DNA of 64,000 bases. Source: Caldilineaceae bacterium. GTDB taxonomy: Bacteria; Chloroflexota; Anaerolineae; Caldilineales; Caldilineaceae. The stretch covers positions 281,048 through 345,047 of the forward strand of contig JADLDO010000036.1 in the NCBI GenBank assembly GCA_020846635.1, given 5' to 3'. Position 1 is the stretch's first letter, and each line of letters opens with the position of its first letter. Position numbers and translations under genes: made by a program. The notes under the pieces were generated by a model. That model searched no databases, was not told the origin of the DNA, and saw nothing but the letters and a program-made list of their open reading frames with translations. Positions 60,332 through 64,000 of the stretch are shown piece after piece.

Positions 60332-61697
60332 TTCACAGCCTAACATCCTGCTCGTTCACTCCGACCAGCATCGCTATGACTGTGTTGGTTCGGCGGGACA
60401 CCCGTTCATTCAGACGCCTTCTCTTGATCGTTTGGCGAGAGAAGGCGTCTCCTATACCCATGCCTTCACACCGATCCCCGTCTGCACACCGGCCCGCGCC
60501 AGCCTGCTCACCGGGACATGGCCCTCGCGCCACGGTTTTATCGCCAATGCCGACACCGAGGTCCATCCGCCGGCATCCATTACGCTGCCCACGCTGTACC
60601 AATGCCTGCACGAGGCTGGGTATTACATGGGGCAAGTCGGCAAGTGGCAGGTACACCGCACCATGTCGCCCGTCACCTTTGGCGTCGAGGACTACATCCC
60701 GGAGTCTGACTATCGAGAGTGGCGCGCGGCCCAGGGGCTAGAACCGAAACCCCACAAGAATGCTTTCTTTGGCGAAATCGATCCCTATGTGACCCCCGAC
60801 CAAACAGCGCTTGCCTGGGGAGCCAACCAAACCATCAGCCTTCTGCAGAAAGCGGCCTCTGGAGATCGTCCCTTTTTCCTGCGTTGGGACCCCAGCGAGC
60901 CCCATCTTCCCAACATTGTGCCCGAACCCTATGCGTCGCTCTACCCCTCCGCCACTATTCCACCGTGGCCCTCCTACCCCGATCCGCTGACGAACAAACC
61001 CTATATCCAGCACAAACAGCGCCACACCTGGGGCATTGATCAGTGGACATGGGAGGATTGGGCTCCTGTGGTCGGTCGCTACCTCGGCGAAATCACCCTG
61101 CTCGACCATCAACTAGGTCGAATTCTCACTGAATTAGACCGGCTGGGATTGGCAGACAATACGCTGGTCATCTATACAGCGGATCATGGGGATCTCTGCG
61201 GTGGTCATGGCTTGATCGACAAACACTTCGTCATGTACGATGAACTCGTGCGTGTTCCCCTGTTGCTGCGCTGGCCCCAGGGGCTGCCCGCTAACACACG
61301 CTGCGACGCCTTTGTCAGTTCAGCCCTGGATCTCGCCACGACCCTTTGCAGCGCAGCGGGCATCACCCCGCCCAACAGCTTTGCCGGGGTCAATCTCTTG
61401 GAGGAACTTGCCCAGCCGACGCGCGCCGATATCTTCTCGACCTATTATGGCAACCAACTGGGCCTCTTTAGCCAGCGCATGGTACGGGATCACAAGTGGA
61501 AATATGTCTGGAATGCCACAGCAGAGGATGAGCTGTACAATCTTGACCAAGACCCCAGCGAGATCATCAATCTTGCTGCCCATCCCGACCACCGCGACGA
61601 CCTGCAACAGATGCGCCTCAAGTTGCTGGCATGGATGGGGCAGACCAAAGACCGCGCCCTCAACTATTGGACGCGCGGCCAACTGTCGAGCGCATAG
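60312..61697 (+). CDS. sulfatase (Cys-type, formylglycine-dependent)
   Basis: Canonical PVCTPARASLLTG (CxPxR), the LVHSDQH metal site and ADHGD. Confidence 0.85.
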   Translation: MAMSQPNSQPNILLVHSDQHRYDCVGSAGHPFIQTPSLDRLAREGVSYTHAFTPIPVCTPARASLLTGTWPSRHGFIANADTEVHPPASITLPTLYQCLHEAGYYMGQVGKWQVHRTMSPVTFGVEDYIPESDYREWRAAQGLEPKPHKNAFFGEIDPYVTPDQTALAWGANQTISLLQKAASGDRPFFLRWDPSEPHLPNIVPEPYASLYPSATIPPWPSYPDPLTNKPYIQHKQRHTWGIDQWTWEDWAPVVGRYLGEITLLDHQLGRILTELDRLGLADNTLVIYTADHGDLCGGHGLIDKHFVMYDELVRVPLLLRWPQGLPANTRCDAFVSSALDLATTLCSAAGITPPNSFAGVNLLEELAQPTRADIFSTYYGNQLGLFSQRMVRDHKWKYVWNATAEDELYNLDQDPSEIINLAAHPDHRDDLQQMRLKLLAWMGQTKDRALNYWTRGQLSSA

Positions 61698-61708
61698 AGG
61701 AGTGACAA

Positions 61709-62767
61709 ATGGTGCGTGAATTGATTGCGCCAGCCCCCAACCAGGTCGCCTGGCATGAGATACCATCGCGTCCCCTGGCACCACACCAGATACGTGTGCG
61801 TTCATACTATGGTGCCGCCAAACACGGAACCGAAATGTCGCTGTTCAAGGGCACAGCTTCCCTGCGCGGTGGTTATGACAACAGGCTCCGCCTGCACCGC
61901 GCCGAAGTACCGGGGGTCAACTACCCTGTACGCTTAGGCAACATCATCGTGGGCAAAGTGACCGAAGTGGGAAGCGACGTGACACGCCACGCTGTGGGCG
62001 ACATGGTCTTCAACTATGGCTCATTTGCCGAAGAACACGTTTGGCCGCAGACTGTGCGTCGCTTGCCGCCAGATGTGCCCTGGCAAGCTGCGGTCTGTCT
62101 CGATCCAGTGGACTTTGCCATCGGTGCATTACGCGACGGGAATGTCCGTATTGGTGACGCTGTAGCCGTGTTTGGTATGGGCGGCATTGGCTTATTAGCA
62201 ATACAGTTGGCAAAGTTAGCAGGGGCTTATCCGGTCATCGCTGTAGACCCGCTGGAGTCACGGCGCGAACTCGCCAAAACTTGTGGTGCAGATTTGATCA
62301 TTGATCCCACCAGCACCGACACAGGTCTCGTGATTAAAGAAGCAACGGAGAACCGCGGGGCCGATGTTTGCATCGAGTACAGCGGCAGCCACCACGCACT
62401 GCAAGCGGCGCTGCGCGGCGTCGCCTATCTGGGGACCGTTGTGGCAGGCGCATGGCCTGGCCCTTATCCGGCAGGGCTTGATCTGGGCGCGGAGGCCCAT
62501 ATGAACCGCCCAAAGATCATCTTCTCGCGTGCAGTCAGCGAACCGAATCCCGATTATCCCAATTGGGACGAAAATCGCATCTTTGAAGTGGCCTGGCGTT
62601 ATCTTGCATCGGGCGCGCTGCAAACCATCCCCATCATCCAACCCGTGGTTGACTTCAACGACTTGTTATCGGTCTACCCGCAGATCGCCACCCATCCTCA
62701 AGAGTATATCAAGCTAGGTGTGCGCTTTCCCCACAACTCGGAAAGTGAAGCCTCGCGAACATCGTAG
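61709..62767 (+). CDS. zinc-type/MDR alcohol dehydrogenase family protein
   Basis: GVFGMGGIGLLAIQLAK Rossmann motif. AGAGGAG RBS. Confidence 0.75.
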   Translation: MVRELIAPAPNQVAWHEIPSRPLAPHQIRVRSYYGAAKHGTEMSLFKGTASLRGGYDNRLRLHRAEVPGVNYPVRLGNIIVGKVTEVGSDVTRHAVGDMVFNYGSFAEEHVWPQTVRRLPPDVPWQAAVCLDPVDFAIGALRDGNVRIGDAVAVFGMGGIGLLAIQLAKLAGAYPVIAVDPLESRRELAKTCGADLIIDPTSTDTGLVIKEATENRGADVCIEYSGSHHALQAALRGVAYLGTVVAGAWPGPYPAGLDLGAEAHMNRPKIIFSRAVSEPNPDYPNWDENRIFEVAWRYLASGALQTIPIIQPVVDFNDLLSVYPQIATHPQEYIKLGVRFPHNSESEASRTS

Positions 62768-62804
62768 TGCGAACCTGCAATCACAGCGTGATAGGAGATT
62801 GTTC

Positions 62805-63602
62805 ATGAAGCTCGGCGCAAATTCTGTTCTTTTTGGTGGCTACGATCTTGAGACAGCCTTTAAGTACATCGCCATGTCCGGCTATGATGGCATCGAACTT
62901 TCAGCCATTGATAACATGAGCGAGCATCTGGTGCTGGAACGGTGGCAAGAACTCGCCCCCACCATCAAGCAGTTGGCACAAAGCCACAACCTCGAACTGC
63001 TGGCGATGGAGCAGCCCTCGCGCGACGTGGCAAAAATGGAGCTCGCCATGCAAGCCGCGGTCGAGATCGGCATCCCCATCATCAACTGCGGCCCAGGCGG
63101 CAAAACAGACGAACCCGGCAGTTTGGAGCAGACCATCAACGAGTTGGGCGAACTGGTCAAGATGGCCGAACGCTACGGTGTCATGCTCTGCGTCAAGGCG
63201 CATGTCGGGGCCAGCGTTTATAACACACCGACGACCCTAGAAGTCATGAAGGCGATCTCGTCTCCCAACTTTGGCATCGACATGGATCCGTCGCATATCT
63301 ATCGCGCCAACGAAAACCCCGTCGAAGCCATCGCTGCCGTGATCTCGCGCGTCAAGCATGTGCATATCCGCGACTGCAAAGGTCGCCAGCAAGGGCCAGG
63401 CAAGCCGGAAATGCAGGCCAATGGCCGCGGCGACATCGACCTCGTCGGCTATGTGCGCGTGCTCCATGAAAATGGCTACACCGGCCCGCTCAATCTTGAA
63501 ATCATCGGGGCCAAAGAATACACCGTCGAGCAATGCTGCATCATTGCCGCCGAATCACGCGGCCACATGCAAGCCAGCCTCCAAGCCTGCGGCGCACGCT
63601 AA
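62805..63602 (+). CDS. sugar phosphate isomerase/epimerase (xylose isomerase-like TIM barrel)
   Basis: YDGIELSA...KAHVG...DPSH...HVHIRD...LEI pattern. TAGGAG RBS. The ORF-track start 62718 lies upstream of the RBS. Confidence 0.75.
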   Translation: MKLGANSVLFGGYDLETAFKYIAMSGYDGIELSAIDNMSEHLVLERWQELAPTIKQLAQSHNLELLAMEQPSRDVAKMELAMQAAVEIGIPIINCGPGGKTDEPGSLEQTINELGELVKMAERYGVMLCVKAHVGASVYNTPTTLEVMKAISSPNFGIDMDPSHIYRANENPVEAIAAVISRVKHVHIRDCKGRQQGPGKPEMQANGRGDIDLVGYVRVLHENGYTGPLNLEIIGAKEYTVEQCCIIAAESRGHMQASLQACGAR

Positions 63603-63613
63603 GTATCCGACCC

Positions 63614-63654
63614 CCTCCCGGAAGCGGAGATCCCTCTGGGCCGCTTCCGGGAGG
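63614..63654. repeat. REP-like hairpin copy (CCTCCCGGAAGCGG-N13-CCGCTTCCGGGAGG)
   Basis: 14-bp perfect stem between convergent genes. Confidence 0.75.
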
Positions 63655-63684
63655 ATTCTTTCAGAGGGTTCTCTCAAAGAAGCT

Positions 63685-64000
63685 CTACGCTCTACCCACG
63701 CGCCCAGTCGTATGCTCCAATTCCTCCACGAAATGCCGCGTAATCTCCTGCGGTCGCGTAATCGCCCCCCCCACCACAACGGCTATCGCCCCCACCGCCA
63801 GCGCGTCTGACGCTTGCTGGGGTGTGCGATAGCGACCTTCCGCCAGAACAGGCACGTCAACGGCTCTGCTCAATGTCGCCACAAGCTCCAGGTCAGGATC
63901 GCGTTGTGCCGGTGAATCCTCGGTATAGCCCGACATCGTCGTCGAAACAAGATCAGCCCCGGCAGCCACCGCAGCCACCCCTTCCGCCAGCGTTGCAACA
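63685..64000 (-). CDS. nanE: N-acetylmannosamine-6-phosphate 2-epimerase (partial; 5' end beyond window)
   Basis: C-terminal MSGYT...[12 protein letters not shown]......[13 protein letters not shown] is typical NanE. Confidence 0.75.
   Translation of the reverse strand, partial: VATLAEGVAAVAAGADLVSTTMSGYTEDSPAQRDPDLELVATLSRAVDVPVLAEGRYRTPQQASDALAVGAIAVVVGGAITRPQEITRHFVEELEHTTGRVGRA

Overview
This is a gene-dense 64-kb stretch of a moderately high-GC bacterial chromosome (about 57-65% GC in hand-counted lines, with a dip described below). The taxon cannot be fixed from the sequence alone.

Contents in order:
- tRNA-Ser(GGA) followed by SRP RNA.
- Histidine phosphatase, a fused pyrF-pyrE gene and pyrD.
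- An envelope-glycan group: Wzy/O-antigen-ligase-like protein, GtrA, GT4 glycosyltransferase and an LCP protein.
- A thioesterase, CinA and an HD-domain protein.
- A long CpXC-domain protein, transcribed divergently from two tandem astacin-like metalloproteases and a DUF2207 membrane protein.
- An MFS transporter.
- A 12-kb co-directional minus-strand housekeeping array: dacB-like, rluB, cmk, 2-oxoacid dehydrogenase E1 alpha/beta, NUDIX, hisD, hisC, D-aminoacylase, hisB, rsmI, patatin.
- A 12-kb minus-strand locus: FdrA, DUF1116, cyclase/formamidase, a form-II Cox-like molybdenum hydroxylase (M, S, L subunits plus an inserted DinB gene) and an NMT1-type ABC importer.
- A Uma2-family endonuclease.
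- A roughly 17.5-kb plus-strand sugar locus: rhaM, FucI/AraA-like isomerase, an Opp/Dpp-type ABC importer, two Gfo/Idh/MocA oxidoreductases, a sulfatase-like protein lacking the CxPxR motif, an amidohydrolase-2, a sulfotransferase-like protein, a canonical Cys-type sulfatase, a Zn-ADH and a TIM-barrel isomerase.
- A partial nanE at the window end.

I found no rRNA, CRISPR array, transposase, integrase, prophage or recognisable canonical defence system or biosynthetic gene cluster.

The observations most worth a second look:
1. A sequence-conserved intergenic hairpin family (CTCCCGGAAGC...GCTTCCGGGAG), with five copies.
2. Two near-identical promoter/leader modules (TTGACG-N17-TATAGT, then CGTAA-N6-CGTAA-N19-GTTGCGAT). 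They bracket a lower-GC ABC-transporter cassette and precede unusually long untranslated leaders.
3. The translationally coupled amidohydrolase, sulfotransferase and sulfatase block, next to a Thr-for-Cys sulfatase homologue.
4. The leaderless-looking astacin pair plus DUF2207 operon.
5. The FdrA/DUF1116/Cox-like/ABC catabolic locus.

All functional calls rest on motif recognition in the translated ORFs, not on database searches. Start codons are my best choice from RBS and overlap context and may be off.
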